From Styela clava (taxonomy: Eukaryota): a stretch of DNA of 64,000 nt. The position numbers and the translations under genes are program-made. Under the pieces are notes generated by a model. That model worked only from the letters and a program-made list of their open reading frames with translations. It did not search any database and was not told the DNA's origin. The stretch is from assembly GCF_964204865.1 (NCBI RefSeq), contig NC_135263.1, forward strand, positions 1,736,001 through 1,800,000, given 5' to 3'. Positions 13,645-27,632 of this stretch are shown here, in pieces (positions within the stretch are counted from its first letter, which is position 1; every line of letters begins with the position of its first letter).

Positions 13645-14130
13645 ACAGACCGTTTTGAAAGCGCCTTATATTCGCCCCATGTCTGATCTTTTTTGGGTTA
13701 TAAACCCCCCAACCCCTCAATCTTCTTGTCTGTTTGTATTACCCTGGTCACCCGGTATTACCTCAATCCTATAATTTAAAATATGTGAAGCTCATACGTG
13801 ACGACTTTGAGGTTTTAGATGAATCTCACATGGCAATGAATTTCAACTTCTTTCGCTCGGAAGTAGACTCGGTACAAGCAGCCAATGATATACAAGGATC
13901 CACCTAATTTTGAGAATAACCTATTCGGCATTTGCTACCCAATTCCTCACACTTGGGTTAGGTGGTGAAAAAAATACTTAATTTTTTTTCGTTTTTGCCA
14001 CAACAGACCGTTTTGAATGCTCCATATTCGCCCCATGTATGTTTTTTCGTGGCTTAAACCCCCTAATTTTCTCGTCTGTTTATATTATCTTGGTCTCTTG
14101 GTATTACCTCGAGCCTATAATTTAAAGTAG
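13645..14130 (+). repeat. Direct repeat of about 130 bp (13645-13780 and 14003-14127)
   Basis: ACAGACCGTTTTGAA…ATATTCGCCCCATGT…GGTATTACCTC…CTATAATTTAAA occurs twice. Confidence 0.8.
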
Positions 14131-16622
14131 GTAGCTTATGCGATAATTTCATAATTTTTAAATTTCATTTTTTACTATAAATCTTAGTTTAATATTCCAT
14201 ACTCCATACCAATAATAAAATGTTGTTTTTGAGTTCAAAATGACGAAAAATGTTCAAATAATGTGGTTTTATTGGAAATTTGGACGCCTGAAAAACGGTT
14301 AGAACAGAATTCTTGAGACGGGCAGGAGAAAGAAAAGCAAAACAAAAGCAGCGACTAACAGGCAAGCAAAATTCAACCATTATTCATGTCAGTGCGATCA
14401 TGACTCCTGGAGAACTTATAATATTGAATCGAAATTTCTTGCGATATTTAAATAATACAGGGTGTCCATAAAATCCTAAATTTTTTTCAAGTTGCAATAG
14501 GAATTTATATGTGTTGTTTTGGCTCTTGCATATGTATTGAATGGAGTAAAAATACTTGAACAATTACTGATTAAAAACAACAAACCTGGTTATGATATAT
14601 TGAGAACTGACTTCATAAAAAAGTGAAATTGTGAAGAGACTGTATTTAAATTCCGAATATTAGCTGGAGACAATTCATAAAATTGTCTGACGTATCTGAG
14701 ACACGGTGTTTATGAAACTTTATATGTCGTTGCATAATTTTGGGGTTGAAACCTGTAATTTACAGTTTTCATAAATTGTATACAAACAAAAACATGGTAA
14801 ACGCGACAACTACTAATTTGGGGCAAAACTCGGAAATTTGAAACGTTTAAAATAAAATGGGACATTTGGCATTCCAAGATTTCTAATTGCCAAGCTAGAC
14901 CATATCAAGTAGCACTAGCGGGTCATAGTTTTCAATCGTCTTAAGGGTCTAAAAATCGTTTTAAACGAGGAGAAAATTGATATGTATGATAAAGATTTTT
15001 TTTTCACTTTTTGAAAGGGTGGAGAAAATATTTAGTCCAGAATGACACAAAAAATATTAAAGTATTAGACTTCATTAGTATGAAAATGTCACGTAAAAGT
15101 GTTCCCACTATTAAAAAAAATATATTTGGGGGGAAGATTGCTTCCTGTAGGACTCACGAAAAAGACTAAAGTTCATTAAATGCAAAAACAAAAGTAAATC
15201 ACTCGAATCACGAGAATAACCAAATGGGGATAAAATACAATAAAAATCAAGTCAATTTACTCAATCAGGAATATTCACGAATTGTTTTTTTCAATATTTC
15301 AAGTGAGTCGACTTCAACACCCCGTGCCCTGGGTACATCTCTGTAAATAAGCAATGCCGGACCCTTTCGACGTAGTATTCCTCAACGAATCATTGACTGA
15401 TTTTAGCCCTGCTCGAAGTAAATACGTGAAAACGCCTGTTTCGCACAAAAAAAAAGAAAAAAGTCAATTTTACTGTTTTTAATTAAACGTTTACCTCAAC
15501 AGGCTTCAAAATCTCGGCATAGAAATAGTTTGCTTTCCTCTTTCATTCACCTGTGACAAAACAAAGCCCAAACAATTGCATCATTCTGAGTTTATTATGA
15601 CAATATAATCCTGTTAGAAAAAAATTGGAAAATGTATAAAGTTGGTGGGTTAGTTATTCTTGTATCAACGCTTTAGAGTGGTTTATCAGTGGCTCTCAAA
15701 CTTTTTAACCACGCCCCCTTTTTAGAATTCGTCTCGCGCCCCACCTCAAAAATAACCAGCTAACGAAAAGCTACAAATAACAGATAGTGAGGCGAAAGTA
15801 TGTTTTATTCAAAAAACACATCGAAAATACGCGGATGGATTATAAATATTGAAATATTGGGGGGGGGGGGGGATTCCCGCTGGCCACGCCCTTGTTATTT
15901 GAATCAAGCAATTTGGGTTCGAGTTGGTTCGCTTCGAAGGTTCGAGTGGGGTTCGCCTCGAATATTCGAATTCGGACATTTCAGGCGACACACTACCAAG
16001 CCCAATTAAGAATGAAAATTCGCTCTGAGTTCAACTTTCTAGATTACATTCTCCCTAAATGACGCAAGACGGACCAAATAGCATCGGGTCAGAAGTGACG
16101 TCTTTCCAGAGAGTGATCTTGTAATAAATAGTATTTAAAGCTTGTTCGGATTCTTGTTCGTAGGGAAAACACTTCATAACCAAACCTAAAAATCAGTAAA
16201 ACTATCGAGTATATTTTGTTCCAAATATTCAAATACGGGTATTAAACTAGCCTATAAAGCCTAATATCTCCAGAAATGTTCAATATTGAATGAAGATATT
16301 CTCTGAAGGAGCGTAGCCGAGCGAGGGGTGGGATTCTGAAATACCTGATTGCAAAGTTATCATTATTGAGAACTCTCTTGGATTTCAACTTTCCCGGTTA
16401 CATTTTCTACTAATGACGCAAGACGGCCCAATTGTATCGGTTCATCGCCCGCGAAGTGACGGCACCCGCCTGGATGGGATTTATTATAATTAAGGAATAA
16501 AAATATTTAACATTGGCAAGGTGCGTGAAACCGCATTTAAGGTTTTCACTCCTAACAAGGCTTGGAACAAGCAATAAATAAAATCGGAGAGTCAAAAACA
16601 TATTCAATAAACATAACATCTT

Positions 16623-16858
16623 GATACTCCCAAATTATGTGAACCAAGATGGCGGACACCGGAACGTAGTATGTGTACCAGGATAGGATTAGGCCATAAT
16701 TTCAGGTACAAATACTACGAGAATCACTTAGCTAGTCCCCGAACTCGTAATAGAACTAAAAAAAGGACAAGTGGAATAAAATTATGCCCTAACCCTAACC
16801 TGGTACACATACTACATTCCGGTGTCCGCCATCTTGGTTCACATACTTCGGAAGTATC
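16623..16858. mobile_element. Merlin-like MITE family A, long form
   Basis: Same TIRs; TSD AACATCTT/AACATATT. Confidence 0.8.
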
Positions 16859-18097
16859 AACATATTCGTTAGCTTCCTCAAAGCAAATTGTTAAATATTA
16901 CTGATAAAGAAGTTCCATGAAAGCGCTGACGTGTAATTTGATAATATGCTATAAGTTCTAATAGTTAATGCCATATTTCCATTACCGCCTTGTTGTCATA
17001 TATCGAGCTCCATAACATCAAAAGTTTGAGAACCCTTGGTCTAAATAAAATGACCCCAGTAGTAGATAATAGTTGCCACAGGACTTTAGATAATAGTTGC
17101 CACATGAGAAATTAACAAGCTTGACGTGAGTGGTAATCTAGTTTGACTCTGAAAAGGGGTCAAGGTAAGCAACGTCTTCGAAATAAAGACGACCCGCGTA
17201 GCTAATTTTTAGATCGTATGACCTCTGATTTCAATGGCCGCCCGTAATTTTGCTTAGAGATAAGCGTCATTTACATAAGAGGTGTTCTCGACTTCGCCTT
17301 GAGCAAATTATTAAAAAAAAATTATGCAGAATATCATTAAAAAAAGTTTCTTCTTGCGCTCGTTAAGGTAAAAGGCAGAGTCTGCTGGATTTTTCACTTC
17401 ATTGACTCCGATTGTTTACAGTCAATAACACGGTTAAAATAACCTTTTACACATTTTACAGTTATGTTTGTTTGTTTATTATAATTTGCGGTTGCAATTA
17501 CTTAGGTACCTCACAGCTATATTTTTAGTCGGAAATGCTCCACGCTTCACTGATTTTTCCGCTACGGATGGGTGAACCAAAATCCGCCATATTTTTACCC
17601 CCGTGACCCCGTCTTTGTATTCACTGTTTGTTTGTTATTAAACGCTAAATACATTCCCGAACGCTAAGCCCTACTGACGAGTTAGAATTGGTTATTTTAA
17701 AGAGAGAGAAAGGCGAATTAGAGGGGGATAATTAATTCAAAAGAATAAAGAAATCAAAATGTTCATTTTTTAATTTCTCAAGACAACTTGCTTATCACAA
17801 GGTCTCACACAATCATACAGAAGTAAAGAAGACTCATCTCCAAGATAGAAATAAAAATTGAGAAAAAAGGTCACATCACAGTCGCTCAATCATTGGATGG
17901 AAACTGGAATTACCACTTAGAGTTAGGAATGCAGATTGCCATGGAAATTCAAATTTTCAAATTCAAATCGTTTCAACCCGAACCCAAACTTGATAATTAC
18001 TAATTTTTTTTAAACATGGCTGGGGTATTTTAAAAAAAAAGAATTGTTCAAATCTCGCATGTCAAAGCCTAAATCCTAAGCAGCATATACAACTCGC

Positions 18098-18310
18098 GGT
18101 ACTCCCGTTATATGTGTACCAGGTTAGGATTAGGCCATACTTTATTCCAATTTTCCCTCATTTTAGTTCTATTACTAGTTCGGGGACTGTCTGTGTTAGT
18201 CAAGTGAATATACCCCCTGTCCATAAGTTCCAGCCCAGTTACACAACTGATGTAAAATAGGAGAACAAAATTATTTACGTCCATATTGGTACACATACTT
18301 CTGGAGCGCC
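18098..18310 (-). mobile_element. Merlin-like MITE family B, full length
   Basis: GGTACTCC...GGAGCGCC; TSD CAACTCGC/CAACTCTC. Confidence 0.8.
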
Positions 18311-18640
18311 CAACTCTCGGCCACCAGCGATGCTTAAGTTGCGTAAATACCTTTCAGAGCCAAAACTCGCTGTTTTGATCATTTGATCTCGTTGTTTATT
18401 TATTATTAGACGCTAAAAATAGGGAAACTCTGAAACCTGCGAACGAATGTAAATAATAACAGCTGCTGAGGGGAAACGCTAGACTTAAAATTGCGGTTGG
18501 GACAAAGTATTTGGCTCTTTATAGGCTTAGCCAGCATGCGTCGTTTACCAAAAAAATTTACCATCTCCACAAAAAAACAAAATTGGACTGTCTACGTCCT
18601 TGTGCTGGCTGTTGATATGTAAAATCGAATGCAATTTAAA

Positions 18641-18828
18641 GGTGACCGTTTACATTCGAACCCATGTGTATATCCGCGAGTTCAATCTATATGCGGGTGC
18701 TGAAACTCATGGGTTAGGGTTAGTATGGGTTCAAATATCCGCAAAACAAAAAAAATTCCATAGGTGCAATTGTCGTGGGTTCAGATGTACGTGGTTCAAA
18801 TATACGTGGGTTCAAATGTAATGGAACC
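18641..18828 (-). mobile_element. Merlin-like MITE family C
   Basis: Reverse-complement copy of 3237-3439; no clear TSD. Confidence 0.8.
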
Positions 18829-19081
18829 CAAAACGAAAAGATTCGGGTCCTCCCTAAAAATCGTAGCTTCCTACGCATCAGTGGACGCTTTCACAGAACC
18901 TTGTTTAGAGTGTTCCTTTCCTAAGAATAGCTGATTCTAGCTTTTTCGTACAAAATATATTTTATGCGAAATCTATTGAAAATAGGGGCAGGTGTTGCCG
19001 AATTGACAAAATACCGGCGTTTCCAAAAATAGTGGAGATGTCAAAACAGCTGCTTTTAGCTTTCAATTTTTTGTCCTCTAC

Positions 19082-19269
19082 TTTGAATAAGTGCCCATAC
19101 CTTTGCTCAGAGATGAGTCTTTTTTTACTTCTGAGTGAGTACCCGTAACTTTGTTCAGACATGAGTCGCCTTAACTTCGGAGTGAGTGCCGTTAACTTTG
19201 CTCAGAGATGAATCTCCTTTGCTTCTGAGTGAGTGCCCGTAACTTTGCTCAGAGATGAATCTCATTTGC
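19082..19269. repeat. Minisatellite, 4 x 47 bp
   Basis: Unit approximately TTCTGAGTGAGTGCCCGTAACTTTGCTCAGAGATGAATCTCCTTTGC. Confidence 0.9.
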
Positions 19270-19852
19270 TTCTCATTTGCGTCAGCGTTTTCAAATTTGC
19301 CCAGAGCAAATTTATAAAAATATCATTATGCCGAATATCATTAAAAAAAAGTTTTATTATGCGATTGTTAAGGTAAAGGGCAGAGTCTATTGGGTTTCAT
19401 GCTTCATTGATTCCGATTGTTTACAGTCAATAACACGGTTAAAATAACCTTTTACACATTTTACAGTTATGTTTGTTCATTTATTATAATTTGCGGTTGC
19501 AATTACTAAGGTACTGTACAACTATATAGGATTCCGGCGTTTCCAAAAATAGTGAAGACGTAAAAACGGTTCATAATTGGCTGCTTTTAGCTATAAATTT
19601 TTTGTCATATTTTCCGAAATTTTTTTTAATTATCCACACCCACAATGTAATTTGTACAAATTGAAGACAAGTGTTCATGATAGTGACCCTAATCACCAAG
19701 GCGTTCACGCTGAAATATTGTTCACCTCATTTATCTCTTGTTTATTTATTATTTCACGCCACAAAATAACTGAATGCTGAGCCATGCAGATTTTCCGAAT
19801 ATAAACAGAACACAAAAGGGTGGGCGTGAGGCATAAATTCGTGGTTGTACGC

Positions 19853-20237
19853 CAGTGGTCGGCAAACTATATATACTCGCGGGTCAAATATACACATTTC
19901 CGGTAGCGCGGGCCGCAATATTTCCGCTTTCGAACAATTGTTACATTAAAATTTAAATCATGGCGCATTCGCACTTTCTATTGCTGTGAATTTTGGAATG
20001 TTCGACCCGAATTTCCCTCCGTTTCCCAGACCTTTTTAAATTTTAAAAATCAAAATTACCTCGAATGACATACAACTGACGGTCCTTGTTACAGAACAAG
20101 CGCTGTACAGCAACACTTGTTATCACATAAATCTGCGTAGAGGCAATAATAAATTTAGAATCAATTTTTGTTTCATGTATTTAATGTCGGGTCGTTCGAG
20201 GGCTGCAACAAATTAGCACGCGGGGCGCCGACCCTTG
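19853..20237. mobile_element. hAT MITE
   Basis: CAGTGGTCGGC...GCCGACCCTTG; TSD TTGTACGC/TTGTTCGC. Confidence 0.75.
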
Positions 20238-20321
20238 TTGTTCGCTATCTTTAAGATTATCAGCAAGTGTGGGATGCATCACCATGATTCCATACAGTTT
20301 CGGTAGTTCTTGGTATTTCAG

Positions 20322-20460
20322 TGTGGCCTCCGGTGTGGCGTGGGTTTGCAGGTTTGAATCCCGTGGTGATAATTATGTGCGAAAAGATTGCTGGACTCCT
20401 CGCCACCGTAGAGTAGTTCACGTAACCGTTTGTCCGTTACGGCTTCCTCCACCACCAAGA
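20322..20460 (+). mobile_element. Probable tRNA-derived SINE fragment
   Basis: GC-rich island with a B-box-like GGTTTGAATCCC (20351-20362), no cloverleaf, and a body ending GGCTTCCTCCACCACCA. Confidence 0.45.
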
Positions 20461-21441
20461 AAAAGCTGTTTTAGGAAAATGTCAAGTGCATTCTTGATTT
20501 CCAAATTTTGTTTGAAAGCCTCAAAAGTACCAATTTCTTCGTGTTATTTTCAAATAAAACTTAGTAATATATGAAGGCTTTGAAACCCCCGCTTTGAAAC
20601 CCCCGAGTAATTACTTTAGAATGCCAGCAAAATGACTGATTTTTTAATATTTGATTCTTAAAGAATTTTAAACTTCTAAGCGATACAACGGGTGTTAAAT
20701 GGATCATTGAGTAAGTTATGAATACAGACATTGTTTCAAAACATACTACTGTAAAAATGGTAAATTCAAGACGATTTAAACAAAACAACGAGGACTACTA
20801 AGCTTATATTTTTTTAAGAATATTTTTACTTCATTTAATACATCTGTGAGGGCCGCAACAAATTGATGGCATCGAAAAAATTCTCTTCCCAATTTTAAAT
20901 TTTTTTAAAGACTCAATGGACATGCTATATAATGATTTAGCGAGCTAAATACTGTAGCTGTCAGCTTTGGCACTATTTCAGTTTCTCATTTTCAAATCTG
21001 GTGAAATGTCCCAAGCCCTCAACTGAAATGCAAAAAGTACAAAAAGGCAATCATTGGGATGCTAAGAGCTCAATATATAGGCTTGTCCTTAAAAATATAG
21101 AAGCAGAGAAGACTATCAAAGCAATATTGAACTGAAATATTTTTTTAAAACCAATCTTCAACCAAAGTAATTTGCTCCTCTTTTTAACAGTATAACACAA
21201 TCTTGAATTTGTCTATCAAAGAATTGCAATAAAAATCTTACACATTTTAATGCAACATACATATCAATTTACGTAATTTCACCTCTTTTTTAACAGTATG
21301 CTTTATCCTGAGTATGTTTAAAACAACAAGAGTTTCTGGTTACATATCCAACCTGTCGAATACTCACGAGTTTGTGGGTAGGTGATTTGTGTGTGGTCCT
21401 ACAAATTAGGCGAGTACGCATAACGACAGTATTGTATGAAT

Positions 21442-21746
21442 CAGGGGTGAGCAAGGTCTTTGAACCAGAGACCAACAATTTCGCCTACCTACGCTGACGG
21501 GCCATATAAGTGTGACATAAAAAGTTACATTTTATGAACAATATTTACAGTGCTACAAAGAAAGTGTGGAAAACGATATGCTTCGTGCTGAAACTAAATT
21601 AACAGCAATCTCAACAAATTCATTGAGGTATTTGAGCTAAAACATCAAAATTTGATTTCAGTTTGGTAGTGGCAGCATCAGGCGGGCCAGATTGAATTAC
21701 CCAACGGGCCGGATTTGGCCCGCGGGTCGTACTGTGCCCATCTCTG
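21442..21746. mobile_element. hAT (Charlie-like) MITE
   Basis: CAGGGGTGAGCA...TGCCCATCTCTG with subterminal GGGCC/GCGGG motifs; flanks GTATGAAT/GTCTGGAT. Confidence 0.7.
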
Positions 21747-21874
21747 GTCTGGATTGTGTAATATTGCAATCATTTCGGTTCCCCAAATTACCCAGTTTAC
21801 ACTAATTTTGTGTGGGGAAGTCGTTGAGGTTAAGATCCTCAATCGTCAAAATAGTCCCACGAAATGCTTTAACC

Positions 21875-22205
21875 CAGTGGTTTTTAAACTTTTAAATCAC
21901 GCGCCCTTTTTAGAATTTGTCAAGTCTCACGCCCAATCTCTAGCTAGCAATAAGCTACAAATAATAGATAGTAAGGCAAAAGTATGTTTTATTCAAAAAA
22001 CACGTTGAAAATATTTTCAAAACGTTGATGGAAATCATGGAATCGCAATCTCTTATTAATATAGAAACGTAAATACCCAAAGTAAGGCTGGCAAGATCAA
22101 ATCTAACAAATATTGTTATTTTTAATCAGCTTCACGTGCCATGAAAAACTTGTCTGCGCCCCTTCCCTCCTTTGAGGGGCGCTCTCCACGATTTGAGAAC
22201 CACTG
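21875..22205. mobile_element. hAT MITE (related partial copy starts at 15687)
   Basis: CAGTGGTTTTTAAAC...GATTTGAGAACCACTG; about 150 bp of the body matches 15687-15835. Confidence 0.7.
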
Positions 22206-22309
22206 CCGCCACTAGGCCCACGTCGTGTCTAATTGGTCCAAGTGAGTGCGGCATTTTTCGGACAGGGATACGAACAAAGTAATGCTGTGGAGTTCAGAGA
22301 ACTCATGAA

Positions 22310-22632
22310 TAGAGCTGGACATTTTCGAATACCTGATGATTTCAGAATAAAATCGAATATTTTTTTGAATCAAATCTCGAATACTTGGTAGTCAATAGGA
22401 GATATGTAATTGTATGCGATTTTTTAAATGTAATTCGTCATGTCATCAAATGCGTTACTGAAAGCATATGTCAAAATTGCATTTAAAAATAGGTTACAAT
22501 AAAAAAAAAATTGAGTAATTCACCTCGACCATTGGAAGAAAGTAAAAAACAAAATAGTGGCGATCCCAAATTTTGCTCTGAACCGATTCGAATAATTCAC
22601 TATTCGAATCGATTCGAATATTCCCAGCCCTA
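22310..22632. mobile_element. hAT MITE with TAGGG-type ends and TTCGAA subterminal arrays
   Basis: TAGAGCTGG...CCAGCCCTA; TSD CTCATGAA/CTTATGAA. Confidence 0.8.
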
Positions 22633-23441
22633 CTTATGAACTTATGGTAATGCCTGGCTAGTTAGAGCTCGAAACCCCGATTTAGTATGAATATAAAGAT
22701 ATGGCAACTAATAGTATCAATCATATTTCATGAAGCACTCGGAATAATGTTCATTGAAAAACGGAGGACCACTGTCTGAGACCGCCTACAGCCAGAGAGA
22801 CTCACATTCTCAACCAGCTATATTATTTATAATAAACCCCAGTCCACATCAATAAATATCACTTCATTTTGGACATAAACTGGATTTTCAATGCCTATTT
22901 CCGCGTTCACTGTAATTTACCGGGTCAAGTTCAAAGTTCACGAAAGCTCTCGATCATAATTATTTCGCTTCTTTTGCACACCGGGCCATTAAAAGCATAT
23001 ATTTCATGCAATTCGGAATATTATCTCAGCTGGTATCCACTATAATCGATCATGAATTATGTAATTGGAAAATTGCTCCCGGTGACGTCAGAAGGGATTA
23101 AAAATTCCGGTTTACAGGCCTATAAGTTGGCGAACAAAATTTTTTATTTTCCTCAAACCTTTTTTAAGTTTCACTAATTTTTGTTTTATTGCCTTCAAAC
23201 TCAATTCATCAAACCCCGAAGGATTCAACTAAATGTCAACATTGGGTAGGCGATGCTGATACTGAACCCCCTCTTATTCCCCCCCTCCCCCCCCCCCCCA
23301 AAAAAAATGAAAAAGCTACAGTATTTATGTATCGTTACACGCTTTTTGTGGGTGCTCGCAAGATTTTAGAAGCCGTTTGCACTCCGAAACCTCCAGACTG
23401 CAACGCTAGGATGGTTAGGTTCAACATTCTAACATGTGAGC

Positions 23442-23814
23442 CAGGAGTGAGTAACAGGCGGCCCGCGGGTCACAACTCGGCCCGCTGAGCTTTTGGTGTG
23501 GCCCTTTTGTCAACACTGAGACTTTTCCCCGTCAAGCATAAATTCCTAATCTGGCAGTTAATTTTAAAAGGCGTTCACGTGGGTAAAAACACATAATGTT
23601 TTTGTCTCTGCGTTAAATCTTTCGCCGTTTCGTCCGGTGCTTTTATTGCTGTAATTTGTTAAGTACATGGGAACTAATTTTTTTGTGCGCCCAGCCCGGT
23701 GCATTCATTACTGCAATGCTGAGCGATAGCCGTGTTCTTTTCTTTTTGTGCGACCTAGCTATGTATGCCTGGAGTTGATTAAGGCCCACCGACAATGAAT
23801 GTTGCTTACCCCTG
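23442..23814. mobile_element. hAT MITE
   Basis: CAGGAGTGAGTAAC...GTTGCTTACCCCTG with GGCCC subterminal motifs; no clear TSD. Confidence 0.6.
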
Positions 23815-24346
23815 TCGTTGCGCTTAACTATGCCCGCGTGCGTAATGCTTAGTCTACGTAATCCGACAGATGTATTTATCGCATAGAAAACTTGAGTAAC
23901 CTCGAAAACCGGTCAATTTGACGTCTTTTTTTAACGTCTTGATGCAATCATCAGCTGTGAAATTTTTTTCAATAAGTTGAAGCGAAAAGCCAGGTATTAC
24001 CGGTATCTATTTGCACAGCTTGTCGCCTTAATCTATGAAAATATTTTGACTTGATATTCGTGGATTTAGGTCGTTAAAAGACGGGTCATGTGTCTTTTTA
24101 AAAAGGTTTTTGCGTCTTTTTATGCCCTGATATAGGCCATGTGAAGTTTATATTAACCTAATGAAAAATGCAGTAAAATGAGTGTAATTTTTGAGGTGCA
24201 TGCGATGCGATTTTTTTTCTATGTCGAAACTAAATATAAAGAATGTTGTTGTTTTTACTCACAAAATTTCTGATTTTCTCATATTTTAGATTCGGTTGAG
24301 ATGGCTTACAAATTAGGAGGAATACCCAGATCTAACTTATCTTAAC

Positions 24347-24722
24347 TAGGGCTGGGTATTTTCCAATATTTGGGGATTTAACAATCAAATCGAATATTAT
24401 TTTCAAATCGAATCGAATCTCGAATACTTGAAACATATGTAATTGTTTGTGTTTTTTTATTGTGATGGATCCTCCAGACACATGAATCAGTTAAAACACG
24501 TTCGCGGAGTGTTCACACACAATACGAAACAGGTTTCATCAATAACTCATTTAAAAAAATGTATTTTAAGATAGGCCTGAATAAAAAATCAGGAATTCAT
24601 CTCGACCTGCATTCGGACAAAAAAAAAATAGATGTCGGCAATTCAAAATTTTCGTCTGAACCGATTCGTAAAATTCACTATTCGATTCCATTCGAAAATT
24701 CGATTCAGAATGCCCAGACCTA
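24347..24722. mobile_element. Second copy of the TTCGAA-array hAT MITE
   Basis: TAGGGCTGGG...CCCAGACCTA; flanks ATCTTAAC/ATCCTAAT; aligns with 22310-22632. Confidence 0.75.
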
Positions 24723-25901
24723 ATCCTAATCTAAAGATAAACAAAATCAAAGAAACAGTGGTGTGGTAATGGCGCGGTAGTATCCAAAGGAATACGAGGA
24801 TATAAGACCAATGTTAAAAAAAAATTCACTCCAATCACCCACTTCTATATACAGAAACGACGGGATGTTTTTATAAGTGGCAGTGTAATCGTTTCTTTTT
24901 TTTAATTAGTCCAATGATGGCGATATGAAAACTAAAGTCGTGTTTCACATTGAAAGTTGAGACCAAAAACACCGCATAATTTTTGTATCAAAAATTAACT
25001 GATTCGAATAGAAATGTAAGCTGTTACCGATTTCACAGGTTCGTGAGTTAAATTTCTAATTGCCAAGTAAGACAGTAAGACATAACAGCCACGATCACTT
25101 CGGTATCATCTTCACAATTACGCGGCAAGATGATGGGCATAAGATTAGATAGTGACCGTGTCCCAACCAGGTAGACTAACACTGTGATCACCAGGCCCTC
25201 ACTCCTATACGACAATATATAATGAACGTAACGCGAAATACTCAAAATGCCCGTGATGGCGAGTTTCGGAAATATTTTTCGCTATTACAGCGATTCGTAG
25301 GCTATAAACAGACCCGATACGTTTCGATGTTGATATGCGACACTGTTTATTACGCCTGTGAAAATGGGGAAATGTTGTCATAACTTTAGGATTTATATTA
25401 TATGTGGCTACCAAAGTCGATTGACCGGGGGTCAAAATGGGAAGGATATTCGTGGACCAGAAGAGGGCCCGCAAGGCCCGACACCCGCACCGGTACATAT
25501 AATTCAGCTACATATATATAACTGAATTGTACGAATGTACACGTGCTTAAACTGTGATAATGACGTAACAATTGGCGGTATCTAAAACGCATAAAGAAAA
25601 AAGTTTTGAACCATTTTACTCAAGTTTAGCGGACCACATTAAATCGCTACGCAGGCCGTAATTGGCTCGCCAACCCCGGTTTTAGGAACCACTGATTTAT
25701 AACGACAATAATGCGGCGTCAGAATCGAGTTGTATTACAATCTTCACAAGGCAGCTCATTTAAAATATAGCATGCAATCTAAAGTTGAAAATTGCACCTA
25801 AGTTTCCTTAGTATACATCTCTCTCGTTTTCGAATTGGTAAAAACGATTCAACATGCCGTATAAAACACGAGACGGAAAATGAAAAAGCTGGTCAAAATG
25901 C

Positions 25902-26137
25902 GGTACTCCCGAAGTATGTAAACCAAGATGGCGGACACCGGAACGTAGTATGTGTACCAGACTAGAGCTAGGCCATAATTTCCGGTACAAACACTACGGG
26001 AGTCGCTTGGATAGTCCCCGACCTCGCAATAGAAATAAAATAAGGAAAATTGGAATATAATTATGGCCTAACCCTAACCTGGTCCACACACTACGTTCCG
26101 GTGTCCACCATCTTGGTTCACATACTTCGGGAGTACC
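25902..26137. mobile_element. Merlin-like MITE family A, long form
   Basis: GGTACTCC...GGAGTACC termini; perfect 8-bp TSD CAAAATGC. Confidence 0.85.
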
Positions 26138-26534
26138 CAAAATGCAGTTACCAGATTAACGTTTCCATTAGCATTTGAGTCATAACTATAATACATACCG
26201 TACTATAACACAATCCCGTAAGATAAATTTAACCCTTTTAGGCTTATGAAGTCTATTATATCCCAGAATAGCGTCCATTAGACATTAAAAGTGTTTATGT
26301 TAAACATACCCAATATAGTGAGATGATATCAGCTGTTATCATTATGAAATTGTCCTTTTCAAGTTTTGAAATCAAAATTACATAAGAACGCGTAACAAAG
26401 AAAGCAGGAAAAAATTATTTAAAGACTCAGTGAAACCTCATTTATGTTTATGACGCAAATTTCAATTGAAATCCGTGAACATTTCACTTTTCAGTAAGGA
26501 AAAAAGCTTTCAAAAGTATCCCGTGCATTTTTGT

Positions 26535-26680
26535 TAGAAAATTTTTGACTGTTTTTGCTGGTTTTCTCGGTATTTCATCGTTTTTGACTGTTTTTGCAAG
26601 GTTTTTCACGTTTTTTCACTGTTTTCGCACGCATTTTGTGTATTTTCATGTTTTTAGCACGTTTCTGCAAGGTTTATGTT
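26535..26680. repeat. Low-complexity array of about 10-bp units
   Basis: Repeated GTTTTTGACT/GTTTTTGCA-type units. Confidence 0.7.
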
Positions 26681-27177
26681 AAACGCCGCTAATTATGACA
26701 CAAATTTCATTAGATTGATAGAATTCTATTTTTAGTTCGGAATAAGTCTCTAGACAAGCGACATGTACATACAGGGTGTCCAAAAAATTTCGCCGGATTT
26801 TATTATATTAACAATTGAAAGTCTAAATGAATTTTATTGTACGATAAATGAGAACTACATGCACAATAAGACCTCTCTATTCAGGTTGTGCGCCATCTTG
26901 GTGCGCATACTTCTGGAGGTCCCTCTTAATAAACGTAGACATAAATTTTTGTACCTACCTATTAAACCCTGTGCATATTAACATCAAAGTTCCGAAGCGA
27001 ATTGAGAAAAAAGCTAAACAATATTTTTCAAGAGTTAGTGAAGCCCTAGATCTGTTTATAATACAAATTTCAGTCGATATCCAAGAATAAACCGACCGAA
27101 AAATATCAAATAATAAATTGTTTCCCGCTCTCTGGCCGATGTTTACAGTTAACACATTTGAATCAATGACCCGCTTT

Positions 27178-27632
27178 GGGCGTTTCAGAAGTGTGTGTAC
27201 CAACTAATTTTGTTCGCCTATTTTACATCAAATTGTTTAAGTAAAGAGACTAAAACCTATTGGCAGGAGGATATTCACTTGGCATTTTTTTTGTATAATG
27301 ACGTAATACGACGCTCAATCGTCTCTTTTGTTCAAGAATGGAGTAAAATGTCCCTTCCCCTGTATCTGTCACTCACCCTGCGCGAGACTTTGTGCAATCG
27401 TCCCCTGCTAGGTAGATTTACCATATGATCTGGTTCAGCCGGGACAGTCCCAATTTTGACAAGCTGTCCGGGCCGGTAGATTTAAATGTCCCGGTTATGC
27501 AGCATGGCTGTCATAAAAATAATTTTATTATTTAATATTGGTACAAAATTTGGCGCTCCAAATGTGTGTGTAACCATATGAAGGTAGCTAATTTTGTTCG
27601 CCTACTTTCCACCAAGTTGTATAAGGAGACTG
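27178..27632 (+). mobile_element. Two 5' fragments of MITE family B (about 27178-27283 and 27552-27632)
   Basis: Both match the B left end (…CTAATTTTGTTCGCCTA…CAAGTTGT). Confidence 0.65.

Larger units (their letters stand above)
17300..19530 (+). repeat. Dispersed direct repeat of about 220 bp (17300-17522 and 19303-19528)
   Basis: Shared long exact block CCGATTGTTTACAGTCAATAACACGGTTAAAATAACCTTTTACACATTTTACAGTTATGTTTGTT. Confidence 0.85.

Noticed and set aside
16671-16904. Recurring similar short ORFs (WPNPNLVHI, CEPRWRT, FKCTWVQM, RLCAILVRI; also near 7833, 18600, 25808, 30317, 48275)
   Set aside because: They are chance translations of MITE families A, B and C, not a gene family.
19082-19269. 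CRISPR-like array
   Set aside because: The whole 47-bp unit repeats with no unique spacers, there are no cas genes, and the context is eukaryotic.
20322-20400. Second tRNA gene
   Set aside because: It has a B-box-like motif but no cloverleaf; it fits a SINE fragment better.
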